Shown here in pieces: positions 16,433 through 29,829 of a DNA stretch of 64,000 nucleotides. The notes under the pieces are model-generated. The model did no database searches. It saw nothing but the letters and a program-made list of their open reading frames with translations, and was not told the origin of the DNA. Each line of letters opens with the position of its first letter. Positions within the stretch are counted from its first letter, which is position 1. The DNA comes from Octopus vulgaris. Lineage: Eukaryota. The DNA lies in assembly GCA_951406725.2 (NCBI GenBank), contig OX597815.1, positions 193,688,001 to 193,752,000 on the forward strand. Direction: 5' to 3'. The position numbers and the translations under genes were made by a program.

Positions 16433-16543
16433 ATTACCAACCAGTCACAGCAATACCATGAAGATAAGATGCTAGCAGCAGTTCTTGTCACCCTTTTCTG
16501 TTTTTGTCCAACAGGCATTGCTGCTATTATATATGCAGATAAA
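16433..16543 (+). CDS. CD225/dispanin gene A, middle exon (intramembrane segment)
   Basis: ttttgttttcAG acceptor and GTAAGT donor; 111 nt, phase 0/0; ITNQSQQYHEDKMLAAVLVTLFCFCPTGIAAIIYADK matches the CD225 pattern D..L.A.L.TLFC..P.GI.AIIY..K. Confidence 0.92.
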
Positions 16544-16866
16544 GTAAGTAGAATATGAACACTTCTTGGAAAAAATTAAATTCTATAGCTTTCGATTCAT
16601 TTTACCCGAAAATATTCAAATTTTATTGTAAAGAATACTATAGAAGGCCAGTATTTCACTTGCTTAAAAAACATGTCTTTTATAGGTTTCTCGGTTTATT
16701 GATATTATATTTTAAAAGAAGGCGGTGAGCTGGCAGAAACGTTAGCACGCCGGGCGAATTGCCTAGCGGTTTTTCGTCTGTCTTTACGTTCTGAATTCAC
16801 ATACCACGTAGGTCAGCTGGTTCTCCCTCAAACAATGTCAGGTTTTCTCGTGATATGACCAGATAT

Positions 16867-17038
16867 AGGCGCAGGAGTGGCTGTGTGGTAAGTAGCTTGC
16901 TAACCAACCACATGGTTCCGGGTTCAGTCCCACTGCGTGGCATCTTGGGCAAGTGTCTTCTGCTATAGCCCCGGGCCGACCAATGCCTTGTGAGTGGATT
17001 TGGTAGACGGAAACTGAAAGAAGCCTGTCGTATATATG

Positions 17039-17080
<42 letters not shown>

Positions 17081-17290
17081 TGTTTGTCCCCCTAGCATTG
17101 CTTGACAACCGATGCTGGTGTGTTTACGTCCCCGTCACTTAGCGGTTCGGCATAAGAGATCGATAGAATAAGTACTGGGCTTACAAAGAATAAGTCCCGG
17201 GGTCGATTTGCTCGACTAAAGGCGGTGCTCCAACATGGCCGCAGTCAAATGACTGAAACAAGTAAAAGAGTAAAAGAGTAAAAGAGAGAG
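16867..17290 (+). mobile_element. tRNA-derived SINE, family A (full length)
   Basis: Head, TG microsatellite and (gtaaaaga)n tail. Confidence 0.88.
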
Positions 17291-17309
17291 AGTCCGGTGT
17301 GCTGTTGGT

Positions 17310-17740
17310 CAGGTATCAGAAGACGTTGCCCCCATCGGGTGAGACCTTCGTCAGACCAAATTCATTGCACAGAATGTTCCCAAATCTTTCAAGGAAAATG
17401 CTAATAGAATTGACTATTTGATTCATAGTCAATCGCCTGTCATCCATCACCATGTAAGGAACACGATCAATGTTTTTCCCGGGGGTGGCAGCTGCAGGAC
17501 ATCTAAAACTTGGATTACCTTCAAGACTCTCCGTTCCCCTTCCTATATTCAGCTGCCCACTTTTGCCGGAGCATCATCCCCTAATGTAGCAACCGTATCA
17601 TCATGAATGTCGTTGGGGTCCAAACCCTTTTTCTGCATGTATTTGATAATACCACAATACCAAATTTTGTATTTTCAAGAAAAGTCGCCTTTAGTTACTT
17701 TTGAAGCCTTCTTTAAACAGTGAGATGTCAATTTACCTGA
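17310..17740 (-). mobile_element. Degenerate mariner transposase 5' fragment
   Basis: Broken frames give ATLGDDAP, ESLE..P and IDRV..MVMDDRRLT..I..SISIS, typical of the mariner N-terminal HTH region. Confidence 0.65.
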
Positions 17741-17949
17741 AAAAAAAAAACCGATGGATTTATTAATGGATTTCACAGTTCTAGTAACACTTCTTCATGA
17801 TATATGCCTATAATTTTCTCAGCCAAAATTTTTAACACCAAAATAGCAATTGCAGTTTTGACGATATATCAACTTTTATAAGAGCGGTGGTTCTTAAATT
17901 CACAAATACCAGTCACACATCACCGGGCGCAACACCACTCTCTTCGACT

Positions 17950-18344
17950 TCTTTATCTATATATGTATAAAGCTGAAGTTGTCTCTGTGTGTGTGGCAGG
18001 TTTGGTAGCCTTCAACTAACACTATCTCCTCCGAGACCCTGCGGCGCAAGTTGACCAAAATTAAGAGTATGATAGAAGAAGGCTTGCTCTTCCTTCCTTC
18101 AAATCGGACCATGTTAACACCAAAAATTATTTACATCAAAAAGGTGCTTTTTTTCTATGAAAATCCCTATTTTTTACGATTTTTTGACTGCGGTGTCGCC
18201 ATTTTTCGGTGTATTTCAACCGGAAAAATGTTCACTTAAAGAGAATAACAAGCTACATAATGCAAAATTTTTACTTTTCAAAAATTCCAATTCTAAAGGG
18301 TCGAAAAGAAAACAAACCCGAGCAACGCTTGGCTATACTGCTAG
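17950..18344 (+). mobile_element. Non-autonomous Helitron
   Basis: TC start, cccgagcaacgcttgg hairpin, CTAG end; 5' part repeated at about 53740-53950. Confidence 0.7.
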
Positions 18345-18782
18345 TTAACGATAAAACAGAATAGATTATAGATGTTTCATCTATAATCTGTCTTCGCAAT
18401 GGTCTTTTGGCAAGTTTAAACATCTGGAAACCAAATTTCTTTTTTATTAAACATAGCAATTTGTCGTCCTCCTTTTCAGTCATTACACCCTCCTTATAAA
18501 TAACACTAGATTAGAGCACGATGTTTGATTTGTATTGTACAGGGACTTGAAATAATGTTGTTATGTTATTGATCTCAAGTTAACATGAACACTGGCAGGT
18601 AATTTCCTTAGAATCCCCCAGACAAATGTGTTTCTATCTTTTATAAAAATACAGTGAAATTTCAGGTTTGCTCTCTGTACCATGTAACTGATATCAGTTG
18701 TAAATATATGACAATATACTTGTTGACGTTATGTTATATCAACAGATTTTAAATATAAATTAACTTTTATTTTATCTTCTAG

Positions 18783-18989
18783 GCAAACACAATGGCCCGA
18801 ACTGGTAATACAGCAGGCGCACAGGAAGCTAACAATAGTGCAAGACAATTTATCAAAATATCAATTATTGTTGGTATTATTGGGAGTGTTATAGCTGCAG
18901 CAATAATAATTGCTGTCATTGTTATAGGTACAACAGCTGCTGCCTCTGCAAGTAGTTATGTGCACAACAATTACGGTAATTCATATTAA
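18783..18989 (+). CDS. CD225/dispanin gene A, terminal exon (conserved loop + transmembrane helix)
   Basis: ttttatcttctAG acceptor; ANTMARTGNTAGAQEANNSARQFIKISIIVGIIGSVIAAAIIIAVIVIG...SY-stop; in frame with exon 16433-16543. Confidence 0.92.
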   Translation, partial: ANTMARTGNTAGAQEANNSARQFIKISIIVGIIGSVIAAAIIIAVIVIGTTAAASASSYVHNNYGNSY

Positions 18990-19804
18990 ATGGAGAATCT
19001 TCACTTTTTTTTTATTCATGTTTTAATCTAATCATTAAAAACATGTTTAAATGCATTGGGAACTACAATCAACAAACTACATATTTCTTATTAAACGAAA
19101 TAACTTCAAATATTAAACAATGATATATTCTGATCGGTGAACTCTACAGCCCCAGCCTGATGGCAAGAACCAGTAAAGGAATAGAACCAATAAAGAAATA
19201 TAGAGATATTCCTACACAACTTGTACTATTCCTCCTGTCCAATTCAATCACCCAAGAAAGCATTAGGTGATGCTGTGGCATTTTGCTTTTACTTAAATGT
19301 TTTTTACCATTATCTCAAAAACATTCAAAGTTTAAATCCATTGTATAAACATAAATGTTAAACAAAGCGTATATTAAACGCTTTCCTAGTTTTTTTCAAA
19401 ATGTTGCCTTAAAGTCAGATATTTATATGAGAGTTAAAAATCCAACTGATGCACAACAAATAAACTGTTATACAAAGATTTTACATAAATGGCTAAAAGT
19501 GAAAACTACATTTAAATATTGACTGCAAATGCAGAGGAATATTACTTTTAGCTTTCGTTCATAAATATTTTGGTAAACATTGGTTTTAATATTTCTTCTA
19601 TCATGTCAAAGAATGGGAAACGGAGTTCACAACAAACAGGCAAATTATTTTTCAGTATTGTAATGATTTTATTTTACAATGTCTGTATTAAACTCTAGCA
19701 TATGTAATTCGTCTTTAAAACAATATGTGAAAATATTTTCCTCTCATAAATATTCTAATTTTACCTAATATATTTGATTACAAAATAATAATTATTTGTA
19801 AACA

Positions 19805-19849
19805 AATAAATAAATCAACTTATATGTAATTAATATTCAATGAAATAAA
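19805..19849 (+). promoter_or_regulatory. Candidate polyadenylation signals of gene A
   Basis: AATAAA at 19805 and 19844 at the end of an AT-rich, repeat-free 3'UTR-like stretch; other AATAAA exist upstream. Confidence 0.4.
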
Positions 19850-19918
19850 GCATCATTTTCTTTACCAAAGATTAGGCTGTTCTTCAGTGTGCAGTCAGGG
19901 ATTTGTGTCTCGTGCCTG

Positions 19919-19968
<50 letters not shown>

Positions 19969-20012
19969 GCATCATCATCATCATCATCATCATTATTATT
20001 ATTATTATTATT

Positions 20013-20245
20013 ATAATTTATTTCTTTACTACCCACATGAGGCTAAACATAGAAGGGACAAACAAGGACAGACAAAGGGATTAAATCGATTACATCGACC
20101 CTAGTGCGAAACTGGTTCTTTATTTATCGACCCCGAAAAATAAAGTACCAGTTTCGCACTAGGGTCGATGTAATCGATTTAATCCCTTTGTCTGTCCTTG
20201 TTTGTCCCTTCTATGTTTAGCCTCATGTGGGTAGTAAAGAAATAA

Positions 20246-20250
<5 letters not shown>
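20013..20250. repeat. 113-bp fold-back of a SINE family B 3' half
   Basis: 20013-20125 and 20138-20250 are reverse complements with one mismatch; 12-nt loop. Confidence 0.9.
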
Positions 20251-21025
<775 letters not shown>

Positions 21026-21029
21026 TTAA

Positions 21030-22320
21030 TTAACATCTTCTTTCAAATCTGTTTCCATTTCTTGCCGAGTGTCTTCCTGAAACCTAGGGCATAGAAACTC
21101 ACTGTATTCATTTGTAGGCCATTAAAATAAATGCACCCGATTGTTCATTTACAAAGTCATGTGATAGAGAAAAATGGGGAGAAAAAAACGAAAAAATAAA
21201 AAAAGTAAACAAATAGAATAAAAGGGGTAAAAAGGAAATTAAATTTACAACGACAATGTTCTTCTCAATATGAGTGACGTGCAAGATAAGACAATCTTTT
21301 GCACTTCCTGCATGGATGGTAAGCCAGGAATCATCATCTCTCTATATATAAACGGCAGTTTGTCTGTGTGTGTGTCTGTCTGTCTGTTAGGTTGTACCCT
21401 CACCCTGACCACGGCTTTCAACCGATTCTGATGATACTTGACACACACATAGCCCAATGTCATAATTCAAAACTAACGCAGCGAAAATTTTTAAAAGTTC
21501 CCCCAGTTCTGAAAAAAATCGATAAATTCGACATGGGGTCGAGAATCAGAAACACAAACCACAGACTGTCTAGGGACGCAACTCGACCTTTTTAACTAAA
21601 AAAATTTACCATCATTTTTTTTCCATTTTTTGGCTATAACTCTCTAAAAATGCTTTATAGTTATTTCCCTTACAAACCCGAGCAACGCCGGGCGATACTG
21701 CTAGTTCTTAAATAATTTTCAGTTCTTTTTTTGATCATTCCAAGTGCTCCTACAATCACTGGTATTGTAACAGTCTTGAGATGCCACATCTTTACGATTT
21801 CGATTAGCAGATCTTTATATTTTCTGTGCTTACCAAATTCTTTTGCTAAGGTCCTATGGTCACAGAGTATGCTCATGTCTATCAATAGACAGACTTTACT
21901 GTTTTGGTCTTCCACGGCAATATCTGGTTTACTTGCTTTGATGGTCCGGTCTGTACATACTGGGAAGTCCCAAAGAATAGTTACATTTTCTTCCTCAGTT
22001 ACAGTCTTGGAGTGGTGCTTGTACCATCTCTCATCAGTTCTCATTTTATAATGCCGACACATTACCCAAGGTAGATACTGGCCAACTCTGCCATGTCATG
22101 TTTTGATTCGTACTCTACTGGTGCTAAAACCTTACATCCAGAGATTAGGTGGTAGACTGTTTCTATCCCATCGTTGCAGTATCAGCACTTTGGGTCTACA
22201 CCATTTTCCATCACATTGGCTTGATAGTTCCGGGTCTATAAGCTCTGATCTTGGGCAGCCAAGATAAAGCTTTCACTCTCTGCCCTTAGCCCTGAGCTCC
22301 GTAGCCACTGATGGGTGAGT
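21030..22320 (-). mobile_element. R4/Dong-like LINE C-terminus (CCHC + restriction-like endonuclease), interrupted by a Helitron
   Basis: ILWDF..TDRTIKA.KPDI..CLLIDMS..K..KYKDL.IEI.KMW..TIPVIVGALG; flanked by (TTA)n. Confidence 0.85.
21337..21704 (+). mobile_element. Non-autonomous Helitron
   Basis: A|TC...cccgagcaacgccggg...CTAG|T; near-identical to 29457-29829. Confidence 0.8.
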
Positions 22321-22330
22321 TTTATCATCA

Positions 22331-22392
<62 letters not shown>

Positions 22393-22543
22393 AATATTAT
22401 ATGAGAACTCACTGCTTATTTTGCTGGGTATGATGGAAAGTGTTAGCTGTCCTCAGCCAGCAGACCAAGGTGACACTTGTTTTCTGGTCATCCTTCAAGA
22501 ACGCTGCGAAGAATTCTTGCAGTTCCAAGCACTGCTGATTTTG

Positions 22544-22920
22544 GTGGCGAGCTGGTAGAATCGTTACCGCGCCGGATGAAATGCTTAGCGGTATTTCGTC
22601 CATCAAGGCGGCGAGCTAGCAGGATCGTTAGCACGTCGGGCGAAATGCTTAGCGGTATTTCGTCTGCCGTTACGTTGTGAGTTCAAATTCCGCCGAGGTC
22701 GACTTTACCTTTCATCCTTTCGGAGTCGATAAATTAAGTACCAGTTACGAACTGGAGTCGATGTAATCGACTTAATACCTATGTCTGTCCTTATTTGTCC
22801 CCTCTATGTTTAGCCCCTTGTGGCTAATAAAGAAATAGGTATTTCGTCCGTCATTACGTTCTGAGTTCAAATTCCGCCGAGGTCGACTTTACCGATGTAA
22901 TCGACTCATTCCCTCCCCCA
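22544..22920 (+). mobile_element. Nested SINE family B copies
   Basis: ggcggcgagct..gttcaaattccgccgaggtcgac..gccccttgtgg..taataaagaaata; other copies at about 30900-31680, 36712, 47453, 49695 and 60335-61230. Confidence 0.8.
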
Positions 22921-23687
22921 TAAAATGTATGTTTGTACAATGTGGTGGTGCCCAAGCATGGCCGTCGCCTTCGAGCTAAAACATTTTTAAGGATTTAAGG
23001 ATTTAAGGAATGTGGTTATTGTTTGGGTTTAGCTGGGTTGTATAGGAAGCTTACAATATATAATCCTCTCTAGTCTATTTTATGCGTTTTGCTTTAGGTG
23101 GTGTTTTTGGTGGTGTCACTACAGGTCTAGGGTTAGGGTTATTCTGGTTCTAGTTACCTAGTAGTTCGTTTTTTTTTCTTTGGGAGGCTTTTCCGGCAGC
23201 AGACTTTTCGCCACACATGGTGAAGGTGGCGGAGAAGAAAGCAAACAGCAATGAGTAACAATTAAGAAATAACGAAAGAAAAATTTCACATGAAAACGCT
23301 GGGAGGTGCAAGCGAACAAAAAATTCCTCCACACTTCGATATACTGACACCATATCCAACAACAACACCAACACGATCATTATCATCATCATCATCATCA
23401 CAACCACCATCACCACTATCACAATCACCACCACTACCGCAGAGACAACCAACATCACAAACAAACACTAGCAAAATTCATTATAGACTCAGCCCAGCCA
23501 AGGACAACCGCTAAGAAACATTGTAGATTAATTACACTGCCGTAAATTAATACAAATGAGATAGAACTAGTGAAATACATACAGCAATATACCGATATGA
23601 CTCAGGATGATTTTAGCACACCAAGAAATCGCACACAATCACATAAAGACATCCGAACCACTCAAAACAGATACGGTGCCATCCATC

Positions 23688-23990
23688 AATGTTTGTTCCT
23701 TCTCGAGCCATGCCTGGCTCATTAGGGCCGGTTTCCCGGTTTCCTTGGCGTATAGGTTCCCCACCTGGACGGGACGCCGATCTGTCACAGGTGAGCTGCA
23801 AGATGCAGGAGGAAAGAGTGAGATAAAGTTGTGGCAAAAGAGTCAGCAAAAGTTCGCCATTACCTTCTGCCGGAGCCACGTGGAGCTTAGGTGTTTCGCT
23901 CATAAACACACACACATCGCCCGGCCTGAGATTCGAACCCGCGATCCCTCGACCGCGAGTCCGCTGCTCTAACCACTAGGCCATGTGCCA
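23688..23990 (-). mobile_element. tRNA-derived SINE, family D
   Basis: Reverse complement of 38764-39062; flanking repeat gtgccatccatc. Confidence 0.8.
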
Positions 23991-25359
23991 TCCATCCATC
24001 TTCGCTTCTCACTAATCCTGGGGGACTCACGAGGTACAGTTGTCCGGTGCCGTTTCCATTGGGTCCTATAAGAGACAGCCATCGTTATGATTTCCAACAA
24101 AAATCCCAAGTGTGTCCATCTAATGTACCGCTCGTGATCTACCCTGGTTGACTCGGTTTGAAGAATCTCTCTTGCACCACATTTTAATCATACGCCCGTA
24201 ATACGGGAGCTGTGATCTCTTAGTGTAGAGAAGTAGGAACTCGAACTCAAGAAACACTGATTACGACTTACGCATGCTATCGACTAATGTAACCCAGAGA
24301 TTCTTTGAAGTAACCCAATTTTGGTTGCTTGTATAGGTGATCACACTCTCTCGGTCTTTACCAAACATTCAACATAAGTGAGAATAAACACGAAAAGGAA
24401 ACTGGAAATAGCAAGTTAGTATTTTTTTACGAACTTCTACTCTCCTCTGGTTTGAATGCTGAAACTGGCACATTATTGTACATGCTGTACTAGCATCCAG
24501 TTCAACTTCTTGCATTCCATCACTGATGAACAAGACACTGAAACACTGAAACATCTGCACTCGCTGTGCCATAAAAAAAAAGTTTCCCCAACGGAGCGAG
24601 AGACTTGAGAGAGAATATGAATAAAATCTTTATATATATAAAACTGAGAATGTGTGTCTGTCTGTCTGTTTGTCTGTGTGTTTCCCTAAAACTTGAGAAC
24701 TACACAACCAATTTCATTCATGCCTTACTTAGGGTCCGGGGAGTGTCATCGGCAAAAAAAGTTTTGAACTTTTTGCCTAGGGCGAGCCCACAGCAATATC
24801 ATATCTTCTCCACTACGATTCCCTACAACTTGAGAACTACACAACCAATTCCATTCAAATTTTACACATGCCTTACTTAGGCTCCATGTAGTTTCATGGG
24901 CAAAAAAAAAATTCAACTTCTTGCCTACAGCGAGCCCATAGCAATATCATATCTTCTCCACTATTTCAGTATTACGTGTTAAAAGTGAAACAAAAACGTT
25001 TCCCTATTTTATGTCAGATACTTTCACATTAACAATAAAAATAATAATAACAATTGAATTATATGTAGTAAGTAATAATTAAAATCAAACTAAAGTATAA
25101 TATAATCGAAACATAACAAAAGTAAAAATAGCAATTGGTATAAAATTGCATCAATGATTTGAACTTGAATAAGTGGTTTCACATGAATGGGAATAAATTA
25201 AAATTAAAATTAGCGTGTAGAAATGGAATAGTCCAGATGGATAATAAAAAATTAAATTAAAGAAAAAACTATTGTCTATAAAGTATACAATGTAGAGAAA
25301 AAAGGTCGCGTTTTTTTGCGCTCTGTAAAATTCGGTTAAAAAAGAAAAAAGAACAAAAA

Positions 25360-26996
25360 GTGAATTGTGGTTGCGGAATTGGAACGTCGGTTGGTGCGGT
25401 TTCGCGTGCACGTTTCGCGTCGCACTGGTTCTGTGCGTCGCACGTTTTCTGTTCGGGAGGCCGTTTTTCGGTCTGAGGCGACTATGAGCCGCCTCTACCA
25501 AACGGATGAGATGGAAGGGAGAAATTTCTCTGAAAATTCGTCGACATCTGAGGAGGAGTTGGCGGTGAAAAAAATGGAAAGCACCTACGCAGGTATAACG
25601 AAGAAGTCAACAGAAAAAGAGATAGACCTGGCTAAGTTGACGGACTTCCAGGAGTTCATGAAGGAGGAGGAGAACGGAGAGGTTGAGCTGTTGCCTCTAG
25701 CAGGGCGCGGAGACTGGTTCCATCGTAGAACCCATTAAATATAAAGTATTTATGAATGGAGGTAGAAAAATGGAAGTGATTAACATGGAAGCAATTGAAG
25801 AGGCTTTCAAACAGACAGGAGAAGAAATTGTGTACATGACAAAAGGATTAGAATATGGAACCATAACGGTACAATTTAAAAGTGAGAAAGCAGCCAGGAA
25901 TATAGCAGCCAAGGTGGTGAGTACAGAAAAGTTTTACTTGTTCCCTTCGTATTTGAATAGAAGGACCACCAGAATTAGGGTGGAAGGAATACCTCCACAC
26001 CTAGAGGGCGAATTAATAACGGCTGCGGTTATCAAAGGAAATGAAGATAAAGCGGACATCCTCCACGCCATTATGAAATATGAAGGCGTGAGAGGTGCCA
26101 CACTAGTAATGAACATACAGACGGAGGCGGAAGTTATAGAAAAGCTTACGGACAGTATAAAAACCGGAAATATTATTATGAGAGAGTGGGTGGAGGGTAG
26201 GGCGCCCATGTGCTACAAGTGTGGCCTGAGGGGTCACATAAGAGCCTACTGCCCTCCCCCACCAAAGGAAAAAGAAAAGGAAATCGTCGCGGAAGCCCCA
26301 AAAGAGGAAGAAACCAAAGAGAACCAAAGGGAAAAAGAAACGACAGAAGAAGAGGAGATGCAACAAGAGTGGGAAGAAGGAAGAAAAAAGAGAAAAAGAA
26401 AGAAAAAGAAAAACTGTGCGAAGCCCCAACCCACCCCAACACCACCCGCACCCTCTGAATCCCACCCTTCCCCTGCAGACAGTGAACCCACCCGCTCCCC
26501 TCCAACAAGAAAACAAAAGAAAAATAATAATACAGACAGACAAGAGTTTGAAAACGAACCCAGGCCGAACATTTATATTGTGACTGAACAGAAAGAGGTT
26601 GAAAGGGTAATGGAGGAGTATGAATGGTATGAAATGGATGGGATCAGATATGCAGTGCTGGAAAAGAAGAATATAGATGAGTTTGTGTTGAGGTGTGAAA
26701 GGGAGAATTGGGAGGTGAAAGATACAAGAATGAGCGATGAATTCGTGGAATATATGGAGGACAGTTTCGGAGTAAGAATGGATATGGATGGTCTTCGTAT
26801 TGGGAATGAACATTCAGGTGACAGTGAAAACAAAAGGACAGGTAAGTGATGCTGGCGGAGGGGGCCGTTAGCATCGCTTTCATATTATCATTTTTTCATT
26901 TTCATTTGCTCATAAATTTAATCATATTGTTCTATGTACCCCATGTTTTGTTATGTCCGCCATTCTTCGTAGCCCCTGGTGGGTAATAAAGAAATA
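25360..26996 (+). mobile_element. L1/Tx1-like non-LTR element retaining only ORF1 and the 3' tail
   Basis: ORF 25752-26849 with gag-like knuckle CYKCGLRGHIRAYC; N-terminal part in another frame (about 25483-25730); no RT follows; ends in tagcccctggtgggtaataaagaaata. Confidence 0.7.
25752..26849 (+). CDS. Non-LTR retrotransposon ORF1-like protein with CCHC zinc knuckle (frameshifted at 5' end)
   Basis: CX2CX4HX4C motif preceded by an RRM-like region (FPSYLNRRTTRIRVEGIPP) and followed by Lys/Glu/Pro-rich tracts. Confidence 0.7.
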   Translation: MNGGRKMEVINMEAIEEAFKQTGEEIVYMTKGLEYGTITVQFKSEKAARNIAAKVVSTEKFYLFPSYLNRRTTRIRVEGIPPHLEGELITAAVIKGNEDKADILHAIMKYEGVRGATLVMNIQTEAEVIEKLTDSIKTGNIIMREWVEGRAPMCYKCGLRGHIRAYCPPPPKEKEKEIVAEAPKEEETKENQREKETTEEEEMQQEWEEGRKKRKRKKKKNCAKPQPTPTPPAPSESHPSPADSEPTRSPPTRKQKKNNNTDRQEFENEPRPNIYIVTEQKEVERVMEEYEWYEMDGIRYAVLEKKNIDEFVLRCERENWEVKDTRMSDEFVEYMEDSFGVRMDMDGLRIGNEHSGDSENKRTGK

Positions 26997-29223
26997 ACAT
27001 GGAGTAAAGCACCTTCGAAAAGTGTCTTGGTGCGACTATGAAAAGTATCTAATCAGAGGCGGTAAATTCGCCACAATAGAAGCAAGGTTCGACTCGAATT
27101 TGCAAAGTGGAAATATTTTATTTTTACCTTTATATCTGGGACGTAGGACGTGCCGGAAAAAATTTCAAATGCCCCCCTCCCCTCGAAGTAGAGGTAGGCT
27201 GGATTGTAGCCACACTTCTATACAAGAGGGAGGACAAGATACAATTGATCGAAATTACAAGAGACGGGCTAACAATTCCAGTTTGTTATATATTTTGAGT
27301 ATTGTTATCACTAGCGATATCAAGATATAACTTTGTATTTTGTATTTTATGTGTAGATGTATATATATATATAGATGTACATGTAATATGTACACATATA
27401 TATATATACACATATATACATGCACTAGCACTATGACCCGGCAACGACGGGTCTTTAATGCTAGTATTATATAAAGGACTGCTCGTGGAAATACTCACAG
27501 TCAACCCGAGGGATGAAACAACTATCTAACCATAAGAATAAGGTAAGTGATCTTTTCTCACCTTCTTCCTTTCATCGGTCATGGCCTCACACAGAACACG
27601 CAATGTAAATGCACATGACCAGGTGTCAACTTAGAAGCAGGACCAAAGCATTAGCAATCTCGAGTTACTAATATAGAAGTGGTAACCACCAGCCAGACTT
27701 GAGTTTCCGTTCTACATATCCGAGCGTACATTTTCAGTATATTAGATATGAGATCTAACTGTTGTTTGGGAGGTGGAGCTACCGTATCATTTCGGAAGGG
27801 TCAGACTGTAGGTTGGTCATCCTGGATGTGAACAGTTACGAAAGTGATTCTTTCAGTATAGTAGCCCTTTATACTCCGACATGATGATACCATAGATTTC
27901 TTCAGGTTTCTGGAGGTTTTTCTAGGAACGTCGTGCTCTTTAGTGCTAGTGAACGAATGGAACTCAACCCTGTATGCATGTATGGATTGTGTGATGCTAG
28001 CTAATAGCTGAGGGAATGTAAGAATCTCAGACACTTGCTCAGTTGTATCCAACTGGGTGACATGTACCGTCTAAATTTCACGAATACACCCTTATTAACA
28101 TGGGTAAACAGCAACGGGTCATCCAGATCGTATCTAGATAGAATATTCTGTAGATCAGCCGATAGGGCTAAGCTTGTTGTCTAAAATTCAAACCGGTCAC
28201 ATACACAGACTACCAATTTGCGGTCTGTGCGGTCGATCAAGATAGGCTGCATAGACAGGTACCCGGTTACGGGAAACTGAACGCGTTTTTCCTGTCACAC
28301 TAAGTTTACAGACACTAAATTTGAGAAAAAATGAAGAGGGAGTTGATAGGAGCAATCGTCAAAAACCGATGGCGGTTATCTCTGAAATGAGCAACAGATT
28401 AGATATCTATATGCTTTGATGAGGAAATAATGATAAAGTTCTAGAGTAGAGAGAGATCTAGTTAGCCAAATAGAATAGAAGCTTAGGAAAGATATTGCGA
28501 CTGACGTGCTAGCGGCGATATTTGCCATTGCCTTATTCTTCAACGCTAAGCACAAGGTCAGAACTAAAGAGTCTGCTCTAACGAATGAGGGAATGAAAGC
28601 CGTTCGATGCGCTTATGTGACAAAGGCACAATGCAGCAGCAAAGCCACAATTTGGTTCTTGACGAATTGGAAGGGGTGTGTGCTACTCGATTCCAAGCAG
28701 ATGCATGTGGCCTTACAGCTGTTTCAGGTGGCCGGCATCGGATGTAGAATTTACTGTTTACCTTGACAGTCTGCCGCGACCACCGGGTGGTAATGCGGAG
28801 GTTTGCAAAAGACCAATAACAGCTGACGATATACGGAAAGCAATGGCTGACCACACGACGGAGAAGCCGCTGAAACTGGACAGTTGTATATATAACCTTT
28901 ATATATCAGATTTTGGGTGTCGTACTCTAAATTCTGTGATTTTTTTTTTCTGTTTTTCTGTCTAGTTTGGTTAGTTCATTTTTGAGTGTTCAATTAAGAA
29001 TATTGTAACTGTAACTTATAGCTGAGAGAGCTAAAGTATTGATGCCTATCATCTTGTTTTCACATTGAGTTCTGTTTTAAGTATTAATCTAACTCATATT
29101 TAGTGTTTCTTCCTTATCTTCTCTTTTATTTGTATGTATTGTAATCGCATATAGTTCATTGATTCCTAAGTATTCGTATGTCTAATTCTTTTATTTCAAG
29201 AAAGGCTTATATATTTTACTTAC

Positions 29224-29331
29224 TTTCTCTGCAAATAAAATAGCAGCAATGCCCGTTGGAAAAAAACAGAAAAAAGTGGCAAGAATTGTTGCTGTCATCT
29301 TATTTTCAACATGTTGTTGCTGGCTGGTGAT
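29224..29331 (-). CDS. CD225/dispanin paralogue B, middle exon (orphan)
   Basis: On -: ctttttcAG acceptor and GTAAGT donor; 108 nt open; ITSQQQHVENKMTATILATFFCFFPTGIAAILFAEK, homologous to 16433-16543. No partner exons recognised. Confidence 0.8.
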
Positions 29332-29456
29332 CTGAAAAAGGAATTAATCAAAGAAATAACATGGTAACCTAGGGTTGATGATGATGATGATGATGATAAT
29401 TATTATGATCATGATGATCATGATGGTGATCATGATGATGATCATGATGATCATGA

Positions 29457-29829
29457 TCTTCTCTCTATATATAAACGGCAGTTTGTCTGTGTGTGTTTCT
29501 GTGTGTCTGTTTGCTTGTACCCTCACCCTGACCACGGCTTTCAACCGATTCTGATGAAACTTGACACACACATAGCCCAATGTCATAATTCAAAACTAAC
29601 GCAGCGAAAATTTTTAAAAGTTCCCCCAGTTCTGAAAAAAATCGATAAATTCGACATGGGGTCGAGAATCAGAAACACAAACCACAGACTGTCTAGGGGG
29701 CGCAACTCGACCTTTTTAACTAAAAAAAATTTACCATCATTTTTTTTCCATTTTTTGGCTATAACTCTCTAAAAATGCATTATAGTTATTTCCCTTACAA
29801 ACCCGAGCAACGCCGGGCGATACTGCTAG
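29457..29829 (+). mobile_element. Non-autonomous Helitron
   Basis: Near-identical to 21337-21704. Confidence 0.8.

Noticed and set aside
27000-28900. Short ORFs as host genes
   Set aside because: They appear to be decayed ORF1, endonuclease and RT pieces of L1/Tx1-like elements, too eroded to bound.
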